A stretch of DNA of 62,895 nucleotides, filler included, from Methanobacteriota archaeon (GTDB lineage Archaea; JACRDV01), in NCBI GenBank assembly GCA_024860865.1. It is 8 parts of 8 records of this genome, joined end to end, with 100 filler letters (N's around TTAATTAATTAA, not from the genome) between each part and the next. Parts side by side here need not be neighbours in the genome. Positions count along the whole stretch, not along the records: positions 47,482 to 59,812 come from JACRDV010000153.1; 7 more parts are not named here. The stretch is one strand, 5' to 3'. Every line of letters starts with the position of its first letter. Positions within the stretch are counted from its first letter, which is position 1. Shown here one piece after another: positions 48,698 to 59,521 of this stretch. Below the pieces are notes generated by a model. It made no database searches and had not been told where the DNA came from. It was given only the letters and a program-made list of their open reading frames with translations. A program made the position numbers and the translations under genes.

Positions 48698-50365
48698 ATG
48701 AAAAGAAAAGAAATCGAAGCATTGCTGTTGCTACGAGAGCGAGCATTAACGATAAATGAATTAGCGAGAAGCTTAAAATTAAGTTACTATTGGACCTCAG
48801 CGATAGCGAGGCTTCTTATAAAAAAAGGTTACGCAAGAAAGGATGGAAAAATAGGACTTACTCCCACAGCTAAAACAGCACTTTTTATTAGGTTATCACG
48901 TAAGTATAATCTGACCACCTTATTAGTAGACCCGCATGAAGAAGTTTTGCTAATTCTATTAGATCCACTATCACTCGCATTAATACAAAAAAAGACATCA
49001 CTCGCGCACGCAACAACTTATAAAGCTCTCAATACTTTAATGCAAATAGGTGCTATCAAAAAAATTAGTGGTCAATATTTAGTATCAGATAATGAGCTTA
49101 AAAACTTTCTATTGATTCTAAAAGAGGAGAAAGAAATAGCTGGTATTGAGACATATGCAACCATAATTTACTCTAATTATTTTAAATTAAAAAAAGTTCC
49201 AATTGGTACGAAAGCACAGGGAAGCTTGACAGCTTTCTCTCTTTTTAAAAATTACGGCATTGAGTATTATACAACTTATGATTATTATATCCATCCTGAA
49301 AAAAAGGTTTCAATTGAAGAAATTTTAATTCATTCGCTACTTTGTTCTGAAACTAAAATTGACATAGCAATGTGTGCAGTATTCTATGTTAAAAATAAAG
49401 CTATAATAGATAATACTAAAGCAAAAAAAATTGCCAAAGAATTAGGAATATTTCAACTGTGGAGTGATCTTCAAAATTATGTTAAAAATATACCGGTGAA
49501 ATTCTCCGATAAATTTCCTTCGTGGAAAGAGTTTGTAGAAAAAGCTTCACTTTACGGTTTACAGATTTACCAACCGCCTCCTTTAAAAACATATTTAGAT
49601 ATTTTTGATAAAATTGGGAGTGCTTTAGAAAAACCACTAAGAATCTACGTTTTTGGCGGACAAAACATGCTTATGCGCGGGTTAAAAGCTGCAACAAAAG
49701 ACGTAGATATAATTGTTGAGAATGAAAATGATTTTAAAATCCTTAATAGCACCCTTCGTGCCATAGGTTATTCTCCGGTCGCAGAGATCACGTTAGAGGA
49801 TAAAAAGCTCTCTCCAAGCGGCATATACATCGCTGAGAAGTTACCAAGATTAGATGTTTTTACAAAAACTATTGCAGGTGCTTTCACTTTAACTGAGGAT
49901 ATGAAAAAGCGAGCAGAACCAAGAAAATACAATAAACTAATTGTGGGGTTGTTAAGCCCGAATGATATATTCCTGCTTAAGGCAATAACCGATAGGGAAG
50001 GAGATATAGAAGATATGAGCATATTGGCGCGCACATCGAACCTTAATTGGAAAAATATATTCAGAACCTACATGGAAGAAGAAAAACTAACTAAAAGGCA
50101 CTTTTGTTTTACAATCCTGGATAATATAGAGATACTACAAGAGAAGTATGATGTCAAAATTCCATTTCACAGAAAGTTGGTTAGCCATTGTACAGATGCA
50201 ACTATTATAGACGCTGTTTCAAAGGGATGTAAGACGGTAAAAGAGATAAAAAAGTTAATTGATTTTCCTGAACATCATATAAGAAATAGAATAAATGTGC
50301 TTGCCAAGAAGGGGGAAATAAAGAAGAAAATAAGAAAGAAGAAAATATTATTGCAACCTATCTAA
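48698..50365 (+). CDS. Multi-wHTH + DUF6036/AbiEii-like nucleotidyltransferase fusion
   Basis: Two N-terminal wHTHs; VFGGQNM...ATKDVDII and LLKAITDREGDIED; C-terminal wHTH. Confidence 0.7.
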   Translation: MKRKEIEALLLLRERALTINELARSLKLSYYWTSAIARLLIKKGYARKDGKIGLTPTAKTALFIRLSRKYNLTTLLVDPHEEVLLILLDPLSLALIQKKTSLAHATTYKALNTLMQIGAIKKISGQYLVSDNELKNFLLILKEEKEIAGIETYATIIYSNYFKLKKVPIGTKAQGSLTAFSLFKNYGIEYYTTYDYYIHPEKKVSIEEILIHSLLCSETKIDIAMCAVFYVKNKAIIDNTKAKKIAKELGIFQLWSDLQNYVKNIPVKFSDKFPSWKEFVEKASLYGLQIYQPPPLKTYLDIFDKIGSALEKPLRIYVFGGQNMLMRGLKAATKDVDIIVENENDFKILNSTLRAIGYSPVAEITLEDKKLSPSGIYIAEKLPRLDVFTKTIAGAFTLTEDMKKRAEPRKYNKLIVGLLSPNDIFLLKAITDREGDIEDMSILARTSNLNWKNIFRTYMEEEKLTKRHFCFTILDNIEILQEKYDVKIPFHRKLVSHCTDATIIDAVSKGCKTVKEIKKLIDFPEHHIRNRINVLAKKGEIKKKIRKKKILLQPI

Positions 50366-50381
50366 GCTGTAAATTTGCTAT

Positions 50382-51119
50382 TCACTCTCTATACGATTTT
50401 AAAAAATTATCAAGTGTAAAAGAAGAAACGAATGGTATGTTTGGAATTCCTTCGGTACTTAGATTTAGAAGTTGACTTTTTCCATTAATTGCTAACCAAC
50501 TCAATAATTCTTTTGCAAAAGATAGTTTTTTTGCTTGAATATCGTTTTCAGCTCGATTTAAGTCCATACCCGCTAAAATTATCAGCTGTGCTCCTAGTTC
50601 TTCAGCCATAAATGCACAGCGGTCGCCATCAGAAAAACCGCCGAAGTTCCATAAGTTGGAAAAAGGTTCATTTTGAGTTGTTCCCAATAATAGCCCGATA
50701 AATTTATGCACTTCATCCAAAAGATGGATATTATCACTGTGAGCGTGTATAATAACAATTGACCCCTTTGAATTCGCTAGAACAAGGTCCTCGATTTTTC
50801 CATCTAAATCAGTAATGATAGCATTCGGTAGAATTTTATTCTCTATTAAAGTTGAAGTGGCTCCATCTGCTGAAAAAATGAAAAATTTACTTTTAAAATC
50901 TTTTAAAACATTTAAATGCTCAACTAAAGACTGCCCCTTCCCAAAGATTAGAACAATTCTTTTTTGTTTTATTTGGTCCCTTAAATTAGACAAAGAAGCA
51001 AGTTTTTTTGTTCGAAGGATTTGACTTAAAATTTCTGCAGCTTTTTTATCGCGCTTTTGATTATAATGCAAAGTTTGACAAATTTTATTATACCAAGGTT
51101 GCCATTCTGAAAATTTCAT
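50382..51119 (-). CDS. mptE: 6-hydroxymethyl-7,8-dihydropterin pyrophosphokinase (DUF115)
   Basis: SADGAT, TDLDG, HAHSDN, NFGGFSDGDR. Confidence 0.85.
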   Translation of the reverse strand: MKFSEWQPWYNKICQTLHYNQKRDKKAAEILSQILRTKKLASLSNLRDQIKQKRIVLIFGKGQSLVEHLNVLKDFKSKFFIFSADGATSTLIENKILPNAIITDLDGKIEDLVLANSKGSIVIIHAHSDNIHLLDEVHKFIGLLLGTTQNEPFSNLWNFGGFSDGDRCAFMAEELGAQLIILAGMDLNRAENDIQAKKLSFAKELLSWLAINGKSQLLNLSTEGIPNIPFVSSFTLDNFLKSYRE

Positions 51120-54100
51120 TTAATTCTCTCAATTGCAATTCTAAATTTTTCTTCTTCAATTTCCCAATCTTTTTTGTATGCCTTTTCGCCAGGTTGGATT
51201 CGGCCTAATTTATTGAGAGTTAACTGATTTCCTCGAACTTCCCTTAAAATATAAGGCACATTTATCTTTAATAGCTCTACTGTTTCACTTTCTTCTGCCT
51301 CAACATTAACTAAAATTCTTTCTTCCTCGCGAAGATCCATTTCTTTGCGCATTTGTTGGATTCTCCGAATGACTTCACGTGCTAATCCTTCAGCTAAAAT
51401 TTCGCGGCTTATTCTAGCATCCACATAAATCTTGGTATTCCCGAGAACACTTGAACTAATATATTCTGGGGTTGTCTCTTCAAAAATAACTTCTTCAGGC
51501 AATATCTCGACTGTTCCATCACTTAATGTTAGTTCAAATTTTTTATTACGATCAAATGCCTCTCTGACAATACGCCCATCGATATCTGAGAGCGCAGCTA
51601 AAATAAATCCTGCTCTTTTTTTATATTTAGGGCCTATCTTATCCATCAGTGGTTTAACTTGAATTCTAATCTCAGAAAATTCTTCGTTTGGTTCTAGCAA
51701 TTGAATTTCTTTAGCATTAGCTTGAGCTAAAAGAATCGACTTTAAATTTTCAATTGCTTGTTTTATAGTTAAACTCTCTGGTAGAATTGTAATCCTTTGA
51801 ACGGGTCGTCTTAACTTTAGATTTGCTTTCTGCCTTGCACTTGAGATAGCCTCAATCAAGCCCTTGATTGCCCTCATCTGATCTTCTAGAGTTGGTACAA
51901 TTAATTCGTCTTTTTGTTTTGGCCAATTGCATATGTGAATGCTTTCGGGAGCTTCAGAACTAACGTTCCTAACAAGGTTTTGATACATTTCTTCAACTAT
52001 ATAAGGCGCTATTGGTGCCATCACTCTAAGCAAAGTTGTAAGAGTTTCATATAAAGTATAATAAGCTGAAAGTTTTATTGGATCTTCTACTTCAATCCAA
52101 GTTCTTTTTCTGATTAATTTAACATACCAGTGGCTTAAATCTTCTATTACAAATTCATTTAATGCTCTAGCAGCTTTATGAAGTTGATATTCTCCCATGT
52201 TATAATTAAGTTCTTTGAGCAATGAGTTTAATCTTGAAAGAAGCCATTTATCTTCTATGTAAAGATAATTTTTAATTTTTTCAAATGTAACTTCACTAGG
52301 ATTAAATTTGTCAAGACACATGAAAGTTGTTGCAAATACATAGATGTTCCAAAAAATACCAAACATTTTATTGATTGTTTCAACTTCTTCTAAATTAAAC
52401 CTAAGGTCTTCCCATGGAGCAGTTGTCCACAATAAATAGAACCTAAAAACATCAGCACCGTACTTTTCAATAACTTCCTCAGGTTTGATCACATTGCCTA
52501 AAGATTTTGACATTTTTCGGCCAATTTTATCCAGCATAAATCCGTGCATTAGAACTGATTTGTATGGAGTGCTGTTAAAAGCAATTAACCCAGTCCCCAG
52601 TTGCGAGTAAAACCAACCGCGAGTTTGATCGTGTCCTTCACAAATAAAGTCGGCGGGCCACCATTCTTTAAAATAATGCTCTGATCTGGGGTAACCCAAG
52701 CATGCCCAAGATGCGACACCGGAATCAATCCACACATCTAATACATCTTGCACTCGTGCCATTCTACCGCCGCAATTGCAGTTTAAAGTTATTTCATCAA
52801 TCCAAGGGCGGTGATAGTCTTCGGGAATTTTTCCAAATTTTTGTTTGATCTCCTCAATGCTTCCGACTACCACATGATTTTTGCATTTTTCACAAATCCA
52901 AATTGGAATTGGAATGCCCCAGTATCGCTGCCTGGTAATACACCAATCTCTTATATTTTCAATCCAATCCCTGAACCTAGCTGATCCTGCCCACTCAGGT
53001 ATCCATTTTACTTTTTCAATTTCTTCGAGCATTCTTTGCCTCAATGCAGTAGCTTTTAAGAACCACTGCTCAGTTGCGCGCAAAATAATCGATGTTTTAC
53101 ACCTCCAACAGTGGCCGTACCTGTGAACTATTGTTTCGAAATAAAGCATCAACCCTTTTCGCTTTAAATCAGCTATAATTTCATGATTTGCTGTTTTTAC
53201 ATACTTGCCAGCATATTTGCCGCCTTCCTGTGTAAAGTTTCCACTTTGGTCTACTGGACAAAAAATTGGTAAAGCATTCGCCTTTCCAATTTCAAAATCT
53301 TCCGGCCCATGCCCAGGTGCTATATGAACGCAACCAGTTGTACCTTCACCAATAACAACTATCTTGCTCAAAACCACTCTACAAATATTTTCAAAATTAA
53401 GTGGAACTTCCTCTTTCAAAGGGTGTGTATATTTTAATCCTTCAATTTTCTTTCCAGGAAAAGTTTCTAAAATCTTATATTGAAACTTTAATTTCTGAGC
53501 CAGCTGTTCAACCAAATCTTTTGCCAATATATAAATTTCATTTCCAACTTGAGCTTTAACGTATTCAAAATCAGAATGAACTGCAACCGCTAAATTTGCA
53601 GGTAGAGTCCAGGGCGTAGTTGTCCAAATCAAGATAAACTCATTTGGTTTATCTCTCACAGGAAATTTAACATAAATTGAAGGGTCTTCAACATCTTCAT
53701 ATTCAATTTCATAATTACTAGCAAGTGCGGTCTCACATCGTGGACACCAATTCACTACGCCCAAATCCTTGTATAACAAACCCTGTTCATGACTTTTCTT
53801 AAGCGTCCACCAGGCTGCATTAATAAACTCGGGCTGAACTGACATGTATGCATTGTCCCAATCCATCCAAACTCCAATACGCCTGAACTGTTCAGTCATT
53901 CTATCCTTGTATTTAAGAGCAAATTCTTTGCATTTTTTAACGAATTCCCTAACACCAACTTTAGTTTCAATCTCTTTCTTGCTTTTAATTCCAGTTGTCT
54001 CTTCTACTTTGACTTCAATTGGCAATCCGTGCATATCCCAGCCTGGTTGATCTCTGACATGATAACCAAGCATTGTTTTATGGCGAATTATTACGTCTTT

Positions 54101-54292
54101 AATTACCTTATTCCAAGCTGTTCCTAAGTGAATTTCACCTGTAGTGTAAGGAGGGCCATCCATGAAGAAGAATTTAGGTCCAGTTTTTCTTTTTTCTTTA
54201 GTCTTTTCGTAAATCTTGTTTGCTTCCCACCATCTCTGAACTCTCTGCTCCAACTCCAGTAGATTTAGCTGTTTTTGAGCTCCTCTGATCAT
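51116..54292 (-). CDS. ileS: Isoleucyl-tRNA synthetase
   Basis: DGPPY/HLGT, WTTTPWTLP, DQTRGWF, KMSKS. Confidence 0.97.
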   Translation of the reverse strand: MIRGAQKQLNLLELEQRVQRWWEANKIYEKTKEKRKTGPKFFFMDGPPYTTGEIHLGTAWNKVIKDVIIRHKTMLGYHVRDQPGWDMHGLPIEVKVEETTGIKSKKEIETKVGVREFVKKCKEFALKYKDRMTEQFRRIGVWMDWDNAYMSVQPEFINAAWWTLKKSHEQGLLYKDLGVVNWCPRCETALASNYEIEYEDVEDPSIYVKFPVRDKPNEFILIWTTTPWTLPANLAVAVHSDFEYVKAQVGNEIYILAKDLVEQLAQKLKFQYKILETFPGKKIEGLKYTHPLKEEVPLNFENICRVVLSKIVVIGEGTTGCVHIAPGHGPEDFEIGKANALPIFCPVDQSGNFTQEGGKYAGKYVKTANHEIIADLKRKGLMLYFETIVHRYGHCWRCKTSIILRATEQWFLKATALRQRMLEEIEKVKWIPEWAGSARFRDWIENIRDWCITRQRYWGIPIPIWICEKCKNHVVVGSIEEIKQKFGKIPEDYHRPWIDEITLNCNCGGRMARVQDVLDVWIDSGVASWACLGYPRSEHYFKEWWPADFICEGHDQTRGWFYSQLGTGLIAFNSTPYKSVLMHGFMLDKIGRKMSKSLGNVIKPEEVIEKYGADVFRFYLLWTTAPWEDLRFNLEEVETINKMFGIFWNIYVFATTFMCLDKFNPSEVTFEKIKNYLYIEDKWLLSRLNSLLKELNYNMGEYQLHKAARALNEFVIEDLSHWYVKLIRKRTWIEVEDPIKLSAYYTLYETLTTLLRVMAPIAPYIVEEMYQNLVRNVSSEAPESIHICNWPKQKDELIVPTLEDQMRAIKGLIEAISSARQKANLKLRRPVQRITILPESLTIKQAIENLKSILLAQANAKEIQLLEPNEEFSEIRIQVKPLMDKIGPKYKKRAGFILAALSDIDGRIVREAFDRNKKFELTLSDGTVEILPEEVIFEETTPEYISSSVLGNTKIYVDARISREILAEGLAREVIRRIQQMRKEMDLREEERILVNVEAEESETVELLKINVPYILREVRGNQLTLNKLGRIQPGEKAYKKDWEIEEEKFRIAIERIK

Positions 54293-54348
54293 AGGCTAGC
54301 CTCCGAAGTATGTAAATCAACAATCCGAGAGAGAAAAATGTTTGACCT

Positions 54349-55116
54349 TCACTTCTTTTCTTCGGTTCTAGAACTGGGTTGAAAAAAGCGAAGCATCTCA
54401 ATTGGGAATAGAATCGTCACATTCTTCTCAGCAGCTACTTCAAGCATTGTTTGGAGATATCTTAGTGTAATTGGATCTGTATTCAATACTTTAGCAGCTT
54501 CGCTCAATTTTTCGGCTGCTTGAGCTTCAGCTTCAGCCATAATTACTCTTGCCCTACGTTCTCGCTCAGCTTCTGCTTGTCTAGCCATAGCCCGATACAT
54601 TCCTTCAGGGATGACTACATCCTTAACCTCAACTGCTGAAACTTTTATTCCCCATGGATCAGTAGCCATATCAATAATTTCTTGCAACCTTTTGTTAACC
54701 TTCTCTCGTTCAGCTAGCAACTCATCTAAGACCGCATGGCCAATCACACTTCTTAAGGTTGTTTGCGACATCATAGAAGTTCCATATGTATAATTCTCAA
54801 TTTGAGTTACAGCTTTATTTGGATCAAATGCCCTAGCATAAACAACAGCATTTACTTTAACAGGTACATTATCCCTGGTAATCGCATCTTGGGATGGAAC
54901 ATCTATTACAAAAGTCCTTAAATCGACCTTGACCATTCTGTCCACAATTGGGATTAAAAAGAATATACCAGGGCCTTTAGCCCCAATAAGCCTCCCTAGC
55001 CTAAACACAACTCCTCTCTCATACTCTCGCAGAACTTTGATTGAACTCCAAAGCAGAAACAAGAAAATTAGAACTACTGCTATGATCGCAAGAAACGTTG
55101 CAGGAGGAAGCGGCAT
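54349..55116 (-). CDS. SPFH/stomatin (slipin) protein
   Basis: EYERGVVFRLGR; QAEAERERRA. Confidence 0.93.
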   Translation of the reverse strand: MPLPPATFLAIIAVVLIFLFLLWSSIKVLREYERGVVFRLGRLIGAKGPGIFFLIPIVDRMVKVDLRTFVIDVPSQDAITRDNVPVKVNAVVYARAFDPNKAVTQIENYTYGTSMMSQTTLRSVIGHAVLDELLAEREKVNKRLQEIIDMATDPWGIKVSAVEVKDVVIPEGMYRAMARQAEAERERRARVIMAEAEAQAAEKLSEAAKVLNTDPITLRYLQTMLEVAAEKNVTILFPIEMLRFFQPSSRTEEKK

Positions 55117-55120
55117 TATT

Positions 55121-56410
55121 TCACCTCTTTTTTCTAACAAATAATTTTAATCCTTCTGTACGAACAATTACTACTTTTTCACCTTTTAAAATTTCCCCTT
55201 CTTCTGCATAAGCCTTCCAATATTCGCCTCGAGCCATTACTGTGCCTTCAGGCTTTAGATTGGACTCAGCTATTGCTTCCATACCAATCATCTCTTCTGG
55301 TCCTATAGCTGGTTTTCTCCTATGAGCCAAAATAGCCTTTCCAATAGCAAATACAAAGAAGGCTGTTGTAGTGCCCACAACTGCAACAATCACTGGCCAA
55401 GAAATCTGAATAAATGGTTGTTCAGGAGATGGGACTAGCATCAGCGATCCAATTACCAAAGCAGCAATCCCTCCAGCCGTTAAAATGCCGTGTGTAGGCG
55501 CTTTAATATCTGCTATGAACAAGATTATAGCAAGGACTATTAACAAAATACCGGTAATATTAACCCCTATGGTCCCAAATGCGAATAATGCTAATATTAT
55601 ACAGATCCCGCCAAGAACTCCGGGCAAGATTGCCCCGGGTGAGTAAAGTTCAGCAATCAAACCAATGAAGCCAATTGTAAATAAGATGTAAGCAACATTT
55701 GGATCTGCTATTGTTTGCATGAATCTTTCTTTAGTTGACATTAAAATTTCATTTGTTGAAGTGCCTTTTAGGTCTAATTTTATTTTTTCATGAAAAACTT
55801 TGACCTCTTTATCATGAGCCTTTGCTTTAAGATCTGAAAGATCAACTGCAATAAAATCAATTACTCTTTGTTCAAGAGCTTCACTTGGGCTTAAGGCAAG
55901 ATTTTGAGTGACAAATTTCTCGGAGATATTTATTGGCCGCTCATGATCTTCAGCAAGAGACCTCATTTTTGATGCATATGCATTAATAGTCTTGTTTGAA
56001 GTTTTTGTACCGGTCATTTCAACGGGTTGGCAAGCTCCAATCGATGTAGCCGGAGCCATGGCTGCTATGTGACTCGCCATTAAAATGTAAGTGCCAGCAG
56101 AAAATGCATGAGCCCCACCTGGGGCTACATAAACTATTACTGGAACTCTTGAATTTTCTATCCTCCCAATGATTTGGTCCATTGACTGAACTAGTCCACC
56201 TGGTGTATTAAGCTGGATAATTAGCGCGTTAGCGTTATCTTGCTGAGCTTTATCTAATGCTCTGAGAATATAATCTGCTGAACCCGGATTGATCATCCCC
56301 TCAACTTTAACTAAGTAAACAAAGCCTTGGCTAGCTCCCACTGATGAAAAAATTAATAGTCCTAAAAATACTCCAATTAGCACTCCGTACTTGTAAAACA
56401 TGAACATCAC
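55121..56410 (-). CDS. nfeD: NfeD membrane-bound ClpP-class protease
   Basis: NTPGG, AFSAG, TM bundle, C-terminal OB fold (GEYWKA); paired with stomatin. Confidence 0.92.
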   Translation of the reverse strand: MMFMFYKYGVLIGVFLGLLIFSSVGASQGFVYLVKVEGMINPGSADYILRALDKAQQDNANALIIQLNTPGGLVQSMDQIIGRIENSRVPVIVYVAPGGAHAFSAGTYILMASHIAAMAPATSIGACQPVEMTGTKTSNKTINAYASKMRSLAEDHERPINISEKFVTQNLALSPSEALEQRVIDFIAVDLSDLKAKAHDKEVKVFHEKIKLDLKGTSTNEILMSTKERFMQTIADPNVAYILFTIGFIGLIAELYSPGAILPGVLGGICIILALFAFGTIGVNITGILLIVLAIILFIADIKAPTHGILTAGGIAALVIGSLMLVPSPEQPFIQISWPVIVAVVGTTTAFFVFAIGKAILAHRRKPAIGPEEMIGMEAIAESNLKPEGTVMARGEYWKAYAEEGEILKGEKVVIVRTEGLKLFVRKKR

Positions 56411-56465
56411 TTTCGAACAAAATAATAATATCTAACTAGTATATGAAACTGAACGAGGTTTTATT

Positions 56466-57461
56466 TTGATTATTGAAGAGATATGGGTAGAAAAATGGCG
56501 TCCGAAAACATTAGATGAGGTTGCTGGACAAAAGGAAGTTGTTGAGCGATTAAAATCGTATGTTAAAGTAAAAAATCTGCCACATATGATATTTGCAGGT
56601 CCGGCTGGAACTGGTAAAACCAGCGCTACTTTGTGCTTAGCACGAGAACTTTTTGGCCAAAATTGGAGAGCTAATTTTTTAGAGATGAACGCAAGTGATG
56701 AACGCGGGATTGATGTAGTTAGAGGAAAAATAAAAGATTTTGCAAGAACTATTCCGTTAGGAGAGGTTCCATTTAAAATTATTTTTCTTGATGAAGCTGA
56801 TGCTTTAACACCTGACGCTCAAAATGCATTGCGCAGAACTATGGAAAATTTCACTGCTACCACAAGATTTATCCTCTCGTGCAACTTTTCGAGCAAGATC
56901 ATAGATCCGATTCAGTCTCGCTGTGCAGTTTATCGATTTAAACCCCTCTCTAAAAAAGAAGTCTCTGAGAGACTAAAATTCATTGCAAAAAATGAAAAAT
57001 TAAACATTGCTGATGACGCTATCGATGCAATTATATACGTTTCAGAAGGCGATATGAGGCGAGCAGTTAATTTACTTCAAGCTGCTGCTTCTCTTGGAAA
57101 AAAAATAACAGCTGAAACGATGTACCAAACTGCCGCAATTGCTCGACCTGAAGAAGTAAAAGAATTAATTCATGTTGCTTTAAAAGGGGATTTCCTGGCA
57201 GCTAGAGACAAACTTGATGAATTGTTAATCACATACGGAATGTCAGGCGAGGATATTCTCCAACAAATTCACAAGGAAATTTTTGCACTTGATGTACCTG
57301 AAGATGTTAAAGTTAAAATTGCAGATAAAGCTGGAGAATATGATTTCAGAATGGTTGAAGGAGCAAATGAAAGAATTCAGCTTGAGGCTTTGCTTGCACA
57401 AATCACATTAATTGGAGAAGGCTTGGGAATAGAGAAAAAGAAGAAGACTAAAACAATTTGA
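56466..57461 (+). CDS. rfcS: Replication factor C small subunit
   Basis: WVEKWRP, GPAGTGKT, NASDERG, DEAD, SRC. Confidence 0.97.
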   Translation: MIIEEIWVEKWRPKTLDEVAGQKEVVERLKSYVKVKNLPHMIFAGPAGTGKTSATLCLARELFGQNWRANFLEMNASDERGIDVVRGKIKDFARTIPLGEVPFKIIFLDEADALTPDAQNALRRTMENFTATTRFILSCNFSSKIIDPIQSRCAVYRFKPLSKKEVSERLKFIAKNEKLNIADDAIDAIIYVSEGDMRRAVNLLQAAASLGKKITAETMYQTAAIARPEEVKELIHVALKGDFLAARDKLDELLITYGMSGEDILQQIHKEIFALDVPEDVKVKIADKAGEYDFRMVEGANERIQLEALLAQITLIGEGLGIEKKKKTKTI

Positions 57462-57627
57462 ATTAAAGCATTTTATTATAAATATTATAAAAAATTAAAA
57501 CTATATAAAAAGGCTTTTTCAAACTTTTGTCAGACTTTAGGCCAGCAAATTGAAAAAAGCCAGCCTAAAAAAATTAAAAAGTTAAGTTAATTAATTAGAA
57601 CAACGCTAGCGATAGCGGGAAAATAGG

Positions 57628-58311
57628 ATGGAGAAAGGTACTCTAACTCTGGACTTAATTCTAGATGGCCTTCCTAGGACCTCAAGCATAGTAATTATAG
57701 GCGAGTTGGGCGCAGGGAAATCTATTTTAAGCCGCCAACTTTTGTTCGAACAGCTAAAAAAAGGCGAAACAGGAATTTATGTGTCATCTGACGAACCCCC
57801 GCGAGAAGTGCGTGAGCACATGAAAAGCTTTGGTTGGAACATTGAACCATATGAAGGCAAAAACCTGGCCATTATTGACAGCTATACATGGGGAATTGGA
57901 GCAACTTGGATACTTGAACAAATCAAAGGGAAAGAAGAAAAATATGTCGTTCCTTCTCCTGCCTATCCATACCAGATTATTAAAGTAATCAAAGAAGCTG
58001 AGAAAGAAGTTGGCAAAGGTACGGTTATTTTAGATTCGCTTACTGGTATTACCAGAATTGCTTACTCCGAGCCAGAACTCTGTTTACGATTCGGAAAAGA
58101 TATCCTAGGGGAAAAAATTGGAGAACCAATAATTGTAACTGTCGATGAAAAAATAATTGAACCTATGAGGATTAAAGCACTTGAAGCTGTATCTGATGTC
58201 GTCATTCACTTAGGGCCCTATCCAGAAGGATCTATTTTCAATTGTAAATCTAAAACCCGAAAGTTTGAATCAAAATATTCGATAAAGTCAAATGGGGTTT
58301 ATCTTGAGTAA
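57628..58311 (+). CDS. KaiC/RAD55-family ATPase (single domain)
   Basis: GELGAGKS Walker A; VILDS Walker B. Confidence 0.85.
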   Translation: MEKGTLTLDLILDGLPRTSSIVIIGELGAGKSILSRQLLFEQLKKGETGIYVSSDEPPREVREHMKSFGWNIEPYEGKNLAIIDSYTWGIGATWILEQIKGKEEKYVVPSPAYPYQIIKVIKEAEKEVGKGTVILDSLTGITRIAYSEPELCLRFGKDILGEKIGEPIIVTVDEKIIEPMRIKALEAVSDVVIHLGPYPEGSIFNCKSKTRKFESKYSIKSNGVYLE

Positions 58312-59521
58312 AAAAATAGAGATGCGGTATGGAAAAGGAAAAATTGCTTTCGAAATTCCGGAGAAAAATATTCTTCAAATTATTGAACCGACTGAAGTCA
58401 CAGGCGTTAATGATGCTGACTTGGAAATTGAGCATGCGATAAAAAATCCAATTGGATCTAAACTTGATGAAATAGTCAATTCTAAAGATAGGGTCGCAAT
58501 AATCGTGCCCGATCAAACTAGATATAGCAAATCGATTGAAAAAATTGCTCGTGCGCTTTTGAAGAAGCTTTTAGAACTTGGCGTTGGGAAAAATAATATA
58601 TTTATTATAGTAGGTCAAGGAGCTCATAGAAAACCAACTGAGAAAGAAATTGCGCATCTGCTTGGGACAATACCTCAAGAGTTTAAAGTTTATGTTCATG
58701 ATCCTCTTGATAAAAACTTAACTTTTGTTGGGCGTACATCATATGGTACCGAAGTTTGGGTCAATTCACTCGTCTATAATGCAGATAAAAAAATTTCCAT
58801 CGGATTGATTGCTCCTCATCCTTTTGCTGGATACACAGGAGGTTCGAAAAGTATTTTGCCGGGAGTGTGTGGAATAAAAACAATAAAGCAAAACCATTCT
58901 TGGCTAATCCACTCTAGGGCTAAATCTGGTTTATCTAAAGGAAATCCAGTTTTTGAAGATATAATTGAAGGCGCTAAAATGGTTGGACTTGACTTTATTG
59001 TAAATATTGTAGTAAATCACAAAGATCACATCATTAAGGCTGTTGCTGGAGATTTTATTAAAGCACATAAAGAGGGTGCGAAAATCTCTGACGCAATTTA
59101 CCGCGCTCCAATAAAAGAAAAAGCTGACATTGTTATAGCAAGCGCTGGGGGATACCCCATAGATAGCACTTTACAACTTTCAATGAAAAGTTTAGAAAAT
59201 GCAATTTTAGCTTCAAAAGATGATGGAGTAATAATTCTTGCAACAGCATGTGAAGAAGGTACAGGTCTTGAGATATTCTTTCCAGAAAAAGATCCTTTTC
59301 AAGAAATTATTGTTGCGCCAGTTCATGAATTTGCCAGAGCAATAAAAATTCCGCAATTCTTATTTTTAGTTACAGAGCTTTCAGAAGGTATCACAAAGAA
59401 ACTTCTGCTACGAAAGGCACCGATAACTGAAGCTTTAGATTGGGCTTTTCTTGTTAAAGGTAAAGATGCGAAAGCGATAATTATGCCTTATGCTTGGAGA
59501 ACCGAACCGGTGATTAGCTAA
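58292..59521 (+). CDS. larA: LarA-family nickel-pincer racemase/epimerase
   Basis: PDQTR, GAHR, PHPFAGYTGGSKS, NHS and GGYP motifs; start may be TTG 58304. Confidence 0.88.
   Translation: MGFILSKKIEMRYGKGKIAFEIPEKNILQIIEPTEVTGVNDADLEIEHAIKNPIGSKLDEIVNSKDRVAIIVPDQTRYSKSIEKIARALLKKLLELGVGKNNIFIIVGQGAHRKPTEKEIAHLLGTIPQEFKVYVHDPLDKNLTFVGRTSYGTEVWVNSLVYNADKKISIGLIAPHPFAGYTGGSKSILPGVCGIKTIKQNHSWLIHSRAKSGLSKGNPVFEDIIEGAKMVGLDFIVNIVVNHKDHIIKAVAGDFIKAHKEGAKISDAIYRAPIKEKADIVIASAGGYPIDSTLQLSMKSLENAILASKDDGVIILATACEEGTGLEIFFPEKDPFQEIIVAPVHEFARAIKIPQFLFLVTELSEGITKKLLLRKAPITEALDWAFLVKGKDAKAIIMPYAWRTEPVIS

Noticed and set aside
51116-57461. Possible inteins in ileS or rfcS as the source of the LAGLIDADG domain
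   Set aside because: Both have normal lengths and uninterrupted motifs.
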